From an uncultured Ruminiclostridium sp. (GTDB taxonomy: Bacteria > Bacillota > Clostridia > Oscillospirales > Acutalibacteraceae): DNA of 64,000 nucleotides. The notes below the pieces were generated by a model. The model did no database searches. It had not been told where the DNA came from and worked only from the letters and a program-made list of their open reading frames with translations. Of the stretch, positions 1 to 8,769 are shown in pieces. The stretch lies in NCBI GenBank assembly GCA_902490005.1, contig CABUCM010000009.1, forward strand, positions 5,834 to 69,833, in the 5' to 3' direction. The translations under genes and the position numbers were made by a program. Each line of letters begins with the position of its first letter. The stretch's first letter is position 1.

Positions 1-1
1 G

Positions 2-988
2 GTGGATGTCGGAACAAAAGACAGGGTTTCTTGCCTGGTGCCCATCCGGCCACCAGCCGTAACGATCGGGGAAGTGCCAGGTGAGATAAAACACGTATTC
101 TCTTGCTTCTCCGGGCTGAAGGGCCTTTTGAACGGCGATGGAACCCACCGCGCATTCTTCCTCGCTGGGGTTGACCTTGGAAACCGGCTTTCCGTCGCTG
201 AATGCTTCGTGCAGCATGCCGTCTTCCGTGAAATCCTGCCAGAACTCCTCCGCGCCATCCCACCAGCCCTCGTTAAGCCAACAGGTTTTCGCTGAAAAGC
301 CCTCCAGGGCTTCGGCTAACAGGGCCATGGTACCAAATCCAATTTGATTTTGATCCAAATCGGTAGAATAGCTGATCCCCTGCAGCCCGTTTTTCTTGAT
401 TACCTGATTTTTGGGATGCCCGTTGAGGTACAGCTTATTTAGGCCGTCATAAGAGAAAGATTCAAAACCGCATGCGTTTGGCATGGTCCCGGAAACCGTA
501 ACTTTTGCCGGCTGGCTCGTAAGGTTTTTAATCCGGTAGGTAAAGCGGATGCCCGGAATCCCGGAATTGATATCATCCAGGGGGATAAACGGGGTGAAGG
601 CTTGCAGAGTCACCTCAAAGGGGAAATTTTCTTTCTGAAAGGCAATGTTTGCGAAAGGGTATGCGCTGGAAAAGCGGCTGGAATCAAAGCGGGGCAACCC
701 AGGCACTAAGCCGGGAGCGACCCCCATAGGGGCGTCGCAAAGACCTTCCGGCTTTGCTTCCAGAACGATGGCATCCTGTTCGCCGGAAGGAAACGAATAC
801 CATAGGGAAAAGAAGGAGTATGGCAGTTTTAAGCCCTTGCTCTGCCGGTTGAAGATTTCAAAATCACACAATTCCCCTTTTGCGGTTAAGGAAATATTTC
901 CGGTTCCAATCCCTCCCAAAAGAAACCGCAGCGCGTCAGCCTTGCTATCGTATGATTTTATATTCGGAATATTTTTCAGTTCTATCAT
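2..988 (-). CDS. GH116-family glycoside hydrolase (non-lysosomal glucosylceramidase-like), N-terminal part; runs off the left edge
   Basis: Not in the ORF track. Manual translation from ATG 988 (RBS GGAGG) gives MIELKNIPN...FLLGGIGTGNISL..GELCDFEIFN...YPFANIAF...AFTPFIPLD..NSGIP...LTWHFP, which are GH116 N-terminal motifs. Confidence 0.85.
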   Translation of the reverse strand, partial: MIELKNIPNIKSYDSKADALRFLLGGIGTGNISLTAKGELCDFEIFNRQSKGLKLPYSFFSLWYSFPSGEQDAIVLEAKPEGLCDAPMGVAPGLVPGLPRFDSSRFSSAYPFANIAFQKENFPFEVTLQAFTPFIPLDDINSGIPGIRFTYRIKNLTSQPAKVTVSGTMPNACGFESFSYDGLNKLYLNGHPKNQVIKKNGLQGISYSTDLDQNQIGFGTMALLAEALEGFSAKTCWLNEGWWDGAEEFWQDFTEDGMLHEAFSDGKPVSKVNPSEEECAVGSIAVQKALQPGEAREYVFYLTWHFPDRYGWWPDGHQARNPVFCSDIH

Positions 989-1012
989 TTCTGTTTCCTC
1001 CACAAGACAAAG

Positions 1013-1864
1013 TTAACTTTTCAGGCCAGCCAGAACAGTAGCGCTCATCAGCTTCTTTTGGCAGAAAATATAAAGCAGGAGCGGCGGAATAAAACTCATG
1101 ACAACGCCTGCCAGAACGATGGAAATGCTTCCGGAACCAAATTCCGCCTGCCCTTTTAACACCGTTAAGCCTAAGGGCAGGGTCATATTCTTGTACTCTG
1201 AAATAAAGATCAACGGCTGGAAGAAATCATTCCACAATACCAAGGCCCTGGTCACCAATACTACAACAATTGAGGGAGCGCACATGGGAAAAATGATGCT
1301 CCGGTAAATACGGAACCGGCCAGCGCCGTCCATATAGGCGGATTCATCGTAGCTTTTGGGAATGGTGAGCATGTTCTGCCTGAGAAGGAAAATCGCCAGC
1401 GGGTCGATAATCGCGGGCAGAATCAAAGCCCATAGAGTGTTTAAAAGCCCAACCCCCTTGAGCATTAAAAATTTTGGAATCACTGTGACCTGAGCGGGTA
1501 TCATTAATCCAGACAGAAAAACTATGAACAGGACCTTTTTCCCTGGAAAGTCGATACGGGCAAACGCATAGGCGGCAAGGGAAGAAATAAAGACCTGTAC
1601 CCCGGTGCCTATTACGGTGACGATAACGCTGTTTTTCAGAAAAGACAAAAAGGGCAAAATGTCAAATACCCTCGTGTAATTGCTCCAATAAAACTCTGTT
1701 GGTAAAAAATGAGGGGGAAGCGTGAAGGATTGCGTCGGTAAACGCAGGGAGGTGGAAATAATCCACAGCATCGGCATTAGCCATATCAGAGAAATGGCAA
1801 AGATCACGATAATCAGCACGACTCTTTTTATGACCTTTTTAACGCGGGCAGTACTATTTTTCAT
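1013..1864 (-). CDS. Carbohydrate ABC transporter permease (MalG-like)
   Basis: TM helices and EAA loop (DESAYMDGAG). Start moved to ATG 1864 behind GGAGG. Confidence 0.92.
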   Translation of the reverse strand: MKNSTARVKKVIKRVVLIIVIFAISLIWLMPMLWIISTSLRLPTQSFTLPPHFLPTEFYWSNYTRVFDILPFLSFLKNSVIVTVIGTGVQVFISSLAAYAFARIDFPGKKVLFIVFLSGLMIPAQVTVIPKFLMLKGVGLLNTLWALILPAIIDPLAIFLLRQNMLTIPKSYDESAYMDGAGRFRIYRSIIFPMCAPSIVVVLVTRALVLWNDFFQPLIFISEYKNMTLPLGLTVLKGQAEFGSGSISIVLAGVVMSFIPPLLLYIFCQKKLMSATVLAGLKS

Positions 1865-1881
1865 TTTGTGAAACCTCCCCT

Positions 1882-2784
1882 CTATTCTACGTCGTACGTC
1901 ACCCATTTGTTTTGGGTGCTGTAAAGGACTATGGTAATCACTAAAACAATAAGAAAGAGCACCACGGAGACCGACGACGCATACCCCATTTCATAGGCTT
2001 TAAAGGCTTTTTCATATACATGGAGGGCCAGCGTGCGGGAAGCGTTTCCGGGACCGCCGTTTGTAATGATATAAGGCTCGTCAAAAATTTGGAACGTGTT
2101 AATCGTAGTTATGGTAATCACGAAAAACAGGGTGGGCGTAAGCATGGGAAGGGTAATATGGAAGAATGTCTGAATCTTGTTGGCCCCGTCGATTTGAGCC
2201 GCTTCATAGTACCCATCCGGTATGCCCTGTAAACCAATGAGGTAGTATAAAAAAGGCGTACCCACAAACTTCCAAAGGCTGAACAGGCAAATGGCCACGA
2301 TGACCCCGGAGGACGAAGTGAGCCATTTTACACCGGAGATTCCAAGCTGGGAAAGAAGCCAGTTGAACACGCCGAAATCGTAGTTGAACATGTAGTACCA
2401 GGCGATGGCCACAGAAGCCGTTGTCAAGATAGAAGGCAGATAAACGGCGGTGCGGTAAACATACTTCACCGGGCCGCGTTTTTCTTTGTAAATGGCAAAC
2501 GCTAAGAGCAGCGCGATAACGATATGTAAAACGACTAGGATCAGCGTCAGTTTAAACGTATTCCAAATAATCTGCCAGCTGGTAGGGTTCTTAAAAAACT
2601 CAATGTAGTTATCAAAATTAATCCATTCCGAGCTCTGAAGCATATTATAGTCGAAAAAGCTCAGCAAGATGGTAATCACCATCGGCGCTCCGATAAACAG
2701 CAAGAACGCTAAAAGAGCAGGCAGCAAAAACAAATAGCCCGAAACAGCGTCGCTTTTCTTTTTGCTATATGGCCTCTTATTCAA
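1882..2784 (-). CDS. Carbohydrate ABC transporter permease (MalF-like)
   Basis: YYEAAQIDGA EAA motif and ITNGGPG; TTG start with RBS. Confidence 0.92.
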   Translation of the reverse strand: MNKRPYSKKKSDAVSGYLFLLPALLAFLLFIGAPMVITILLSFFDYNMLQSSEWINFDNYIEFFKNPTSWQIIWNTFKLTLILVVLHIVIALLLAFAIYKEKRGPVKYVYRTAVYLPSILTTASVAIAWYYMFNYDFGVFNWLLSQLGISGVKWLTSSSGVIVAICLFSLWKFVGTPFLYYLIGLQGIPDGYYEAAQIDGANKIQTFFHITLPMLTPTLFFVITITTINTFQIFDEPYIITNGGPGNASRTLALHVYEKAFKAYEMGYASSVSVVLFLIVLVITIVLYSTQNKWVTYDVE

Positions 2785-2835
2785 TCTATACCACCCCTTA
2801 AAGTGAATTTATCCCGATAAAAGCCTTTGCTTTCA

Positions 2836-2883
2836 TAAAACAAACGGGGCGCGGATTCCTTTATTTATACTCCGCACCCCGTT
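2836..2883 (-). terminator. Stem-loop / partial terminator between the binding-protein and permease genes
   Basis: Inverted repeat AACGGGGCGCGGA / TCCGCACCCCGTT with a T-rich tail on the minus strand. Confidence 0.6.
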
Positions 2884-2919
2884 CAACATTAATTCAACAG
2901 TATTTACCCGGAAAACGCA

Positions 2920-4272
2920 TTACTTCTGAAGGGCTACATCCATCTCATCAGCCATTTGCTGGCAAATAGAGGCGATATCCGCGTTTTCATCTGTCATCAT
3001 CATGGAGAAATAAGTATCAAAAATTGTTCCCAAATCAGCGTAGGACGTAGGCGCCTCTACGGATTTCATGCCCTTGGTTAAGGTCTCGAAATAAATTTCG
3101 CGGTTTTCAGGATACCCGGCGGACTCGATGATTTCTTCGCCGCACTCCAGACGGGAGGGGGTGCTGCCGAACTTAACAAACTCTTTAATAAAGGCGTCGG
3201 ACGCCGTCCATACGAGGAACTCGCAGGCTTCGTCATAATGGTCCGTGGTAGAGCTTATCATAAAGCCCTGGGTGCCGTAAACGTTAGCCTGTGTTTTAAA
3301 CGAGGGATTATACTGGACGCCCACCGTACGGAATCCGTTGGCTTCATAAGTGGCTAACGGCCAGCGGCCGGCGGTAATCATGGCAATCTGCCCGTCTACA
3401 AACATCTGCTGATAGTTGTCGTTGGGCTGCGGAACCGGGGCGTACTGATACTTGTAGATCAGGTCATGGATAAACTGGAAGCATGCAATGGCGTTTTCAG
3501 AATCGCACGCGGCCTGTGTCCAATCATCGTTGAGGAAAGAAGCGTCCCACGCAAACAGCCACGCGGAGGTTGCAAAGTAATAATCCGGAACCAGCAGCGC
3601 GTAGCGTTTGGAGCCATCGTCATTTGTCTTTGTCAGGGCCTCGCAGTACCGCAGGAACTCGTCGGTATCCCAGTCTTCACTGGGAAGAGACAGGCCCGCC
3701 TCCTTCAAATAGTCTGTATTCAAATGGGTGATACAGGGGTTCCACATGGTGACCAGGCCGTAAACATCCTCGCCATCGATAAAGGGCTCGATTAGTTTGG
3801 GATCGTAGGTATCTTCCAATACAGACTCATAAATCCCCTCATGGGAATCAAAATAATTGTTAAGAGGCTGTGCCAGCTTGTTTTTATAAACCATCTGAAG
3901 ACCTTCCGTAGCCATGTCGAATACGTCGGGCAGCGCATCAGAAGCGGCCATTGTAGCAAGCTTGGACACGTATACGTTCCATTCCGAACCGTCAATGGAG
4001 AGCTCTTCCAGATTGATTTCAACGTTGGGGTTAACCTCTTCCGTGTACTTCTTCATAAATTCCTTGTTGGCTTCCAACCCATTTCCATAGCCAACCATTG
4101 TGACAACGTTCAAAACGGTTTTTTCCCCAGAAGGAGACCCAGAATTTTCTTCTGATTGGGATGAGGCGGACTGTGAGCCTTCACTAGACCCAGAAGGGGA
4201 TCCTTCTGACGAGCAGCCAAACACGGACACAGACATTGCCAGAGCCAATAGGAATGCTAAGCCTTTTTTCAT
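2920..4272 (-). CDS. Sugar ABC transporter substrate-binding lipoprotein
   Basis: MKKGLAFLL...VFGC lipobox, Ser-rich linker, SBP family 1 features. Start ATG 4272 behind GGAGG. Confidence 0.9.
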   Translation of the reverse strand: MKKGLAFLLALAMSVSVFGCSSEGSPSGSSEGSQSASSQSEENSGSPSGEKTVLNVVTMVGYGNGLEANKEFMKKYTEEVNPNVEINLEELSIDGSEWNVYVSKLATMAASDALPDVFDMATEGLQMVYKNKLAQPLNNYFDSHEGIYESVLEDTYDPKLIEPFIDGEDVYGLVTMWNPCITHLNTDYLKEAGLSLPSEDWDTDEFLRYCEALTKTNDDGSKRYALLVPDYYFATSAWLFAWDASFLNDDWTQAACDSENAIACFQFIHDLIYKYQYAPVPQPNDNYQQMFVDGQIAMITAGRWPLATYEANGFRTVGVQYNPSFKTQANVYGTQGFMISSTTDHYDEACEFLVWTASDAFIKEFVKFGSTPSRLECGEEIIESAGYPENREIYFETLTKGMKSVEAPTSYADLGTIFDTYFSMMMTDENADIASICQQMADEMDVALQK

Positions 4273-4577
4273 TTTTTCTTCCTCCATTAATAATTGTATT
4301 CTAACCATACGAATCTTGTCGTTTCGCATGAAAGAATCCTTCCATAAAGGGTGGAAAAAGCGATTGGAAAATAATGATATCCTATGATAAAATGACACAA
4401 AAATATTGAGTTTTGCGGTAAAACACCTAGGAAGATTGACATTAAACTTCTTGATGCTAAAATATTTGCATAAAAGTTAAACAAAAATCTTGCTGTTATT
4501 ATAACGATTTTGCTAGAAGATTGAAATGCATAAAAAAACGATATTATAAAACTTTTCTACTTTTAGGAGCGGTTGCT

Positions 4578-5369
4578 ATGTATGTTAAAATGTGTGGACT
4601 TCACGCGATTCATGAAAAGAAATTCAGAATTAGCCGCCCCAATGGCTCAGGTGATTATTTATTTCTTCGTCTGAAGGCACCCACCCGTTTTTTCATAAGT
4701 GATAAAATCTACGACGCTCCAGCGGATCAAATCATGCTTTATCAAAAAGGGACACCCCAGTTTTTTGAAGAGCTTAACGGGGTCACGCATGTGGATGATT
4801 TTATGCATTTTGACGTCAGCGGTGATGAGGATCAAAATTTTTTAGAAAGCTTGTCCTTAAAATATGACGAACCGATTAGAATACCTTATATTGATCCTTT
4901 CATGAGCGTTCATCAGAATATATGTTTTGAGTTTCTAAACAAAAATAGCTTTCAGGATATGGCTATCGATTGCCTGCTGAAATACTTCTTAATCAAGCTG
5001 AATGAATGTATGAACGAAAAAAATTCGCATAATTACGACATCTCCCTTCGTGAACGTTTTAACCAATTGCGGCTGGCGATCTATAGCTCTCCTCAACAGA
5101 ATTGGACAGTGAAAAAAATGTCCTCGATTGTTAATCTGAGCCCTTCTTATGTTCAAAGCCTCTATAAAAAATTCTTTCATATTTCCTGTATCGCGGATTT
5201 AATTTCAAGCAGGATGGACCGGGCGCAGCAGATGCTTATTGTCACTGATTATCCGATCAAAAAGATTTCCTTGCTTTGCGGCTATGAATCCAATATTTAT
5301 TTTTCCAGGCATTTCAAAGAAAAGGCAGGGATGACCCCCACGGAATACCGGCGTTTATACCATTTATGA
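4578..5369 (+). CDS. AraC-family transcriptional regulator
   Basis: C-terminal double HTH (ISLLCGYESNIYFSRHFKEKAGMTPTEYR), divergent from the ABC operon. Start ATG 4578 behind AGGAG. Confidence 0.92.
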   Translation: MYVKMCGLHAIHEKKFRISRPNGSGDYLFLRLKAPTRFFISDKIYDAPADQIMLYQKGTPQFFEELNGVTHVDDFMHFDVSGDEDQNFLESLSLKYDEPIRIPYIDPFMSVHQNICFEFLNKNSFQDMAIDCLLKYFLIKLNECMNEKNSHNYDISLRERFNQLRLAIYSSPQQNWTVKKMSSIVNLSPSYVQSLYKKFFHISCIADLISSRMDRAQQMLIVTDYPIKKISLLCGYESNIYFSRHFKEKAGMTPTEYRRLYHL

Positions 5370-5396
5370 CCATGGCTAACTTAAATAATGAAAAAT

Positions 5397-5452
5397 GCCC
5401 CCGTTTGAAGCCGGCTTACTAACCGGACATAAACGGGGGCGGCCAATTTTTT
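5397..5452 (+). terminator. Probable intrinsic terminator after the AraC gene
   Basis: GCCCCCGTTT...AAACGGGGGC inverted repeat followed by a T-run. Confidence 0.5.
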
Positions 5453-5461
5453 AGGCTATTG

Positions 5462-5723
5462 ATGATTTTACCGGGCCGGTAGATCCCCGGATAATTAAGC
5501 TGGGCGGCTCGATGGTTCCTGTGGAAAGATTGTTTTCCAATAGGCTTTTTCAGCGGGCTCCGGTATGGTATACTTATATTGTTAAAGGCCGGACTTATTT
5601 CTGAGGGAACCTCGTTTAATTCTCACTGGCGGTGGCCGCGGTGCAACCAATACCCCGCCGTTTCAGGTTTATCAAACAGCGTATAAAAATCACAGCCATA
5701 CCGATGCCAGCGCGCTGAGTATG
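5462..5723 (+). pseudogene. Heavily decayed relic of a MalF-type sugar ABC permease C-terminus
   Basis: Fragments translate as MILPGR*IP, *AGRLDG (EAA-loop-like) and EPRLILTGGGRGATNT..FQVYQTAYKN....ASALSM, in the correct order, with stops and frameshifts. Confidence 0.55.
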
Positions 5724-5798
5724 GCGGATAACCAAGCCTCTGCCATTGGGAGTTATTTATCTGTATCCAACTGTATTAACTTGAAAGGAGAATGAAGC

Positions 5799-6965
5799 AT
5801 GAAGCCGGAATTAAAGATAGGAATGATTGGACAGGGGTTTATGGGAAGAGCCCATTCTAACGCCTGGACAATGCTGGAACGCTTTTTTGACGTTCCTTAT
5901 CATCCAGTATTAAAGGCAGTGGCCGGCACAAAATCTTTCGTGAAAGACTTTGCCGAAACCTGGGGGTATGAATCTTATACCCAAAACTGGCGCGAATTGG
6001 TCCAGCGAGACGATATTGATGTCATCGACGTGGGCGCCCCGACCTATTTACATAAAGAGATGGTGCTCGCGGCGGTGCAGGCTGGAAAACACGTTGTCTG
6101 TGAAAAGCCCTGTGCTCTTACGTCAAAAGAAGCTCAGGAAATGGCTGACGCGGCAAAAAAAGCGGGAGTCGTGCATTATTTGAACCATAATTACCGCCGT
6201 GTGCCGGCGGTGGCGTTTGCGAAAAAACTGATTGACGAGGGGCGTCTGGGCCAGATATACCATTGGAGAGGCAGCTATTTTCAGGATTGGATTTTAGACG
6301 CCAGTTTTCCGCTGACTTGGCAGCTGCAGTCGGAAAAAGCGGGCGGAGGGCCGCTGTACGACCTGGCTTCCCATGGGGTAGACCTGGCTAGGTATTTGGT
6401 TGGCGAGCCGGTTTCGGTCATGGCAAAATGTAAAACGTTCGTTGCGCGTCGCCCTCTCTCAGACGGGGACGCGGCTGTATTTACCAAAGGCTCGCCTAAC
6501 AGCGGCCCAAAGGAAGGAAAGGTTACTGTGGATGACGCGGCCTTCTTGGTGCTTGAATTTGAGAATGGAGCGTTAGGGTCCATCGACGTCAGCAGATTTG
6601 CGGCCGGATGCAAAAACCAGAATAAATTTGAAATCTACGGCAGTAGGGGCGCTCTAAAATTTGATCTGGAAAATTTAAATGAACTTCAGTTTTTAGATTT
6701 GGATGCTCCGGCTGGGGAGCAGGGCTTCAGAACGATTATGGCCACCTCTCTGGCGCATCCTTATGCAGGCGCTTGGTGGGGGCCTGGGCATATCATTGGT
6801 TATGAGAATACCTTTTTTCACGCTTTCGCGGATTTTGTCCAGGCTGTTCAACAGAATCAAGTGATACAACCCAATCTTTTTGACGGGGTCCAGATTGCTA
6901 GGGTATTAGAGGCGGCTCAAAAATCCAGCCGGGAAAACCGCTGCATTCAGATTGAAAAGTCATAG
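5799..6965 (+). CDS. Gfo/Idh/MocA NAD(P)-dependent oxidoreductase (levoglucosan-dehydrogenase-like subfamily)
   Basis: GQGFMGRAHS Rossmann motif, CEKP, NYRRVPAV, DLASH; strong RBS. Confidence 0.9.
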   Translation: MKPELKIGMIGQGFMGRAHSNAWTMLERFFDVPYHPVLKAVAGTKSFVKDFAETWGYESYTQNWRELVQRDDIDVIDVGAPTYLHKEMVLAAVQAGKHVVCEKPCALTSKEAQEMADAAKKAGVVHYLNHNYRRVPAVAFAKKLIDEGRLGQIYHWRGSYFQDWILDASFPLTWQLQSEKAGGGPLYDLASHGVDLARYLVGEPVSVMAKCKTFVARRPLSDGDAAVFTKGSPNSGPKEGKVTVDDAAFLVLEFENGALGSIDVSRFAAGCKNQNKFEIYGSRGALKFDLENLNELQFLDLDAPAGEQGFRTIMATSLAHPYAGAWWGPGHIIGYENTFFHAFADFVQAVQQNQVIQPNLFDGVQIARVLEAAQKSSRENRCIQIEKS

Positions 6966-7087
6966 AAATTCATAAATGGATGAGCGAGGCGTTTGTAATG
7001 GAGGTTCCTTCCATAATATTAGCGGGGGAACCAATGGGCCTTTTTATCGCTTAGGAGAAAGGCCCTTTAGAAGAAGTATCTAATTTT

Positions 7088-7488
7088 GACGCAGGCGCCC
7101 AAGCGATTGTCAGCCCGGGAATCAATCCTGGTGTGTTCAGTTGGTGTATCCATGAGAAAACCCCTGTGATCCCTAGCTGCGCGACGCCTACGGAAATAGA
7201 ATTCTGCAAAAGGTACGGCTTGAAAGCGGTAAAGTGTTTCCGGCTGAGGTGGTCGGGAGCGTCAAAATGCTGAAGGTATTGGCGGGGCCCTATGCCGATA
7301 TGAGATTTATGCCCACCGGCGGTATCAATAGCTCAGATGTGGGGGAGTACTTATCGCTTCCTAACGTAATACGCTGCGGCGGCAGTTAGATGGCTACAGA
7401 AGAGTTAATCGATTCAAAACAATTTAATAAAATTGAGGGCTTAGCGAGAGAAGCGAAAAAGATTTCAGAGAACCGGTTTGGTATTTAG
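7088..7488 (+). pseudogene. eda: KDPG/KHG aldolase pseudogene (5'-truncated, frameshifted, nonsense)
   Basis: DAGAQAIVSPG...TPTEI...VK, a 1-nt deletion near 7237, then PAEVVG..MLKVLAGPY..MRFMPTGGIN...CGGS*. The TAG at 7387-7389 replaces the conserved Trp. Confidence 0.88.
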
Positions 7489-7577
7489 AGTTTAGAAACC
7501 AGCGTATGCCGCCCAGGGAGTTTTTCAAAAAAGATGCTTGCGCCGGCTATCGAAATCATTTACTATTTTGCGCCCCC

Positions 7578-7649
7578 AAAAAAAGGACTGAGTCATCAGT
7601 CCTTTTTTTATTGCATAAAGAAAGAGCCACTCGCGATGGCGAGTGGCTC
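7578..7649. terminator. Two tandem terminator hairpins
   Basis: A7-GGACTGA/TCAGTCC-T7 (bidirectional) and GAGCCACTCGC/GCGAGTGGCTC with a T-tail on the minus strand. Confidence 0.75.
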
Positions 7650-7835
7650 AAAAGAAGGCGTGTGCCGGAAAAGCTTCGTTTGGCGTGGGGAAGCCTCAGG
7701 CCTGCCGATTGAACGAGAACCTAAAAGAGGCCTGAGGCCCGAAGCTTAATGGCACGAATGGTTAAAGGGATACAAGATGAAATCTGCTCATAGGGGTATC
7801 AAAGGCCTTTTTTGATGGGAGGTACAAAATCAGCC

Positions 7836-8630
7836 TTATACGTTGAATTTAACCATGTTATTGTAGCTGATGGCTAAACTCTCAAATGGGTCAACCTTGC
7901 AGATGTCCTGCTCGACGACAGCATATTCCACACCGATCTCTTTACAAGCTTCGATCACACCGGGCCAGTCGATATTTCCCTCGCCCACCTCGGCGAACTG
8001 CTTGCAGACTCTCTCTATATGGTCTTCGGTGCCGCCGATAATGGCATAATCCTTAAAGTGGCAGATGGTCATACGGCCTTTTACCTTCCGGATATACTTG
8101 GGGACGTTAACGCCGCCAGCGGTCATCCAGTGGGTATCCATAATAAAGTTTACGCCTTCGGGGTCAGTTTCATCGAAAAGAATGTCAAAGCCCTTTTTGC
8201 CGCCTCCGAAAGAGTAGAATTCCAACGCGTGGGGATGGTACAAAAGACGCATGCCTTCCTTTTTCAGTTCAGCGGCGATTTTGTTTAGGCTGGCGGCATA
8301 AAGCTTATAGCCTTCCTCGCTTTCGCGCCATTCTCTCGGAAGAGTAGCTACTTCCACATACTTTACCCCAAAAACATGGGCTTGCTTGAGCGCCGCGCCG
8401 ATTCCCGCTTTGGGATCGGAAACCATCAAATCATAGTTGCCACCGGCAGAACAATCTGTCAGGCCGGCATCATCGAGCAACGCTTTAAATTCCTCGTCGG
8501 TTAGATAATCAGGGGTGCCGGTTTGAATGGAATCATAACCGATCGCCTTAATTTTCTTCAGGGTTTCGGCCATGCCGGCTTTGTCTTTGGTAAATTCGCG
8601 TACGGTGTACATTTGTGCGCCTTTTCTCAA
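7836..8630 (-). CDS. Xylose-isomerase-like TIM-barrel protein (sugar phosphate isomerase/epimerase, IolE-like)
   Basis: GAQMYTVR, YHPHALEF, DTHW, HFKD, VGEGNIDW and VEQD metal-site motifs. Confidence 0.9.
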   Translation of the reverse strand: MRKGAQMYTVREFTKDKAGMAETLKKIKAIGYDSIQTGTPDYLTDEEFKALLDDAGLTDCSAGGNYDLMVSDPKAGIGAALKQAHVFGVKYVEVATLPREWRESEEGYKLYAASLNKIAAELKKEGMRLLYHPHALEFYSFGGGKKGFDILFDETDPEGVNFIMDTHWMTAGGVNVPKYIRKVKGRMTICHFKDYAIIGGTEDHIERVCKQFAEVGEGNIDWPGVIEACKEIGVEYAVVEQDICKVDPFESLAISYNNMVKFNV

Positions 8631-8769
8631 TGTAATCGCGACCTTTCTAAGTATAAAATGGATTGCTTCACGAAATTAACAGAAATTCTTCCGCCGGCTA
8701 GGAACAGCCGATGGGTTATTTGGATTTTTCATAAAAATTAAAGTAGTAAGATCGTAGCAAAGTAAAGTT

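Noticed and set aside
2..1016. Plus-strand ORFs 2-295, 138-347 and 645-1016
   Set aside because: Antisense shadows of the GH116 gene; no recognisable motifs.
5575..5798. Possible riboswitch in the long leader of the Gfo/Idh/MocA gene
   Set aside because: No known aptamer consensus; better explained as a decayed permease coding sequence.
7624..7800. Identification of the nested stem as 6S RNA or a T-box
   Set aside because: No long closing stem with central bubble and no T-box motif; kept only as an unnamed structure.
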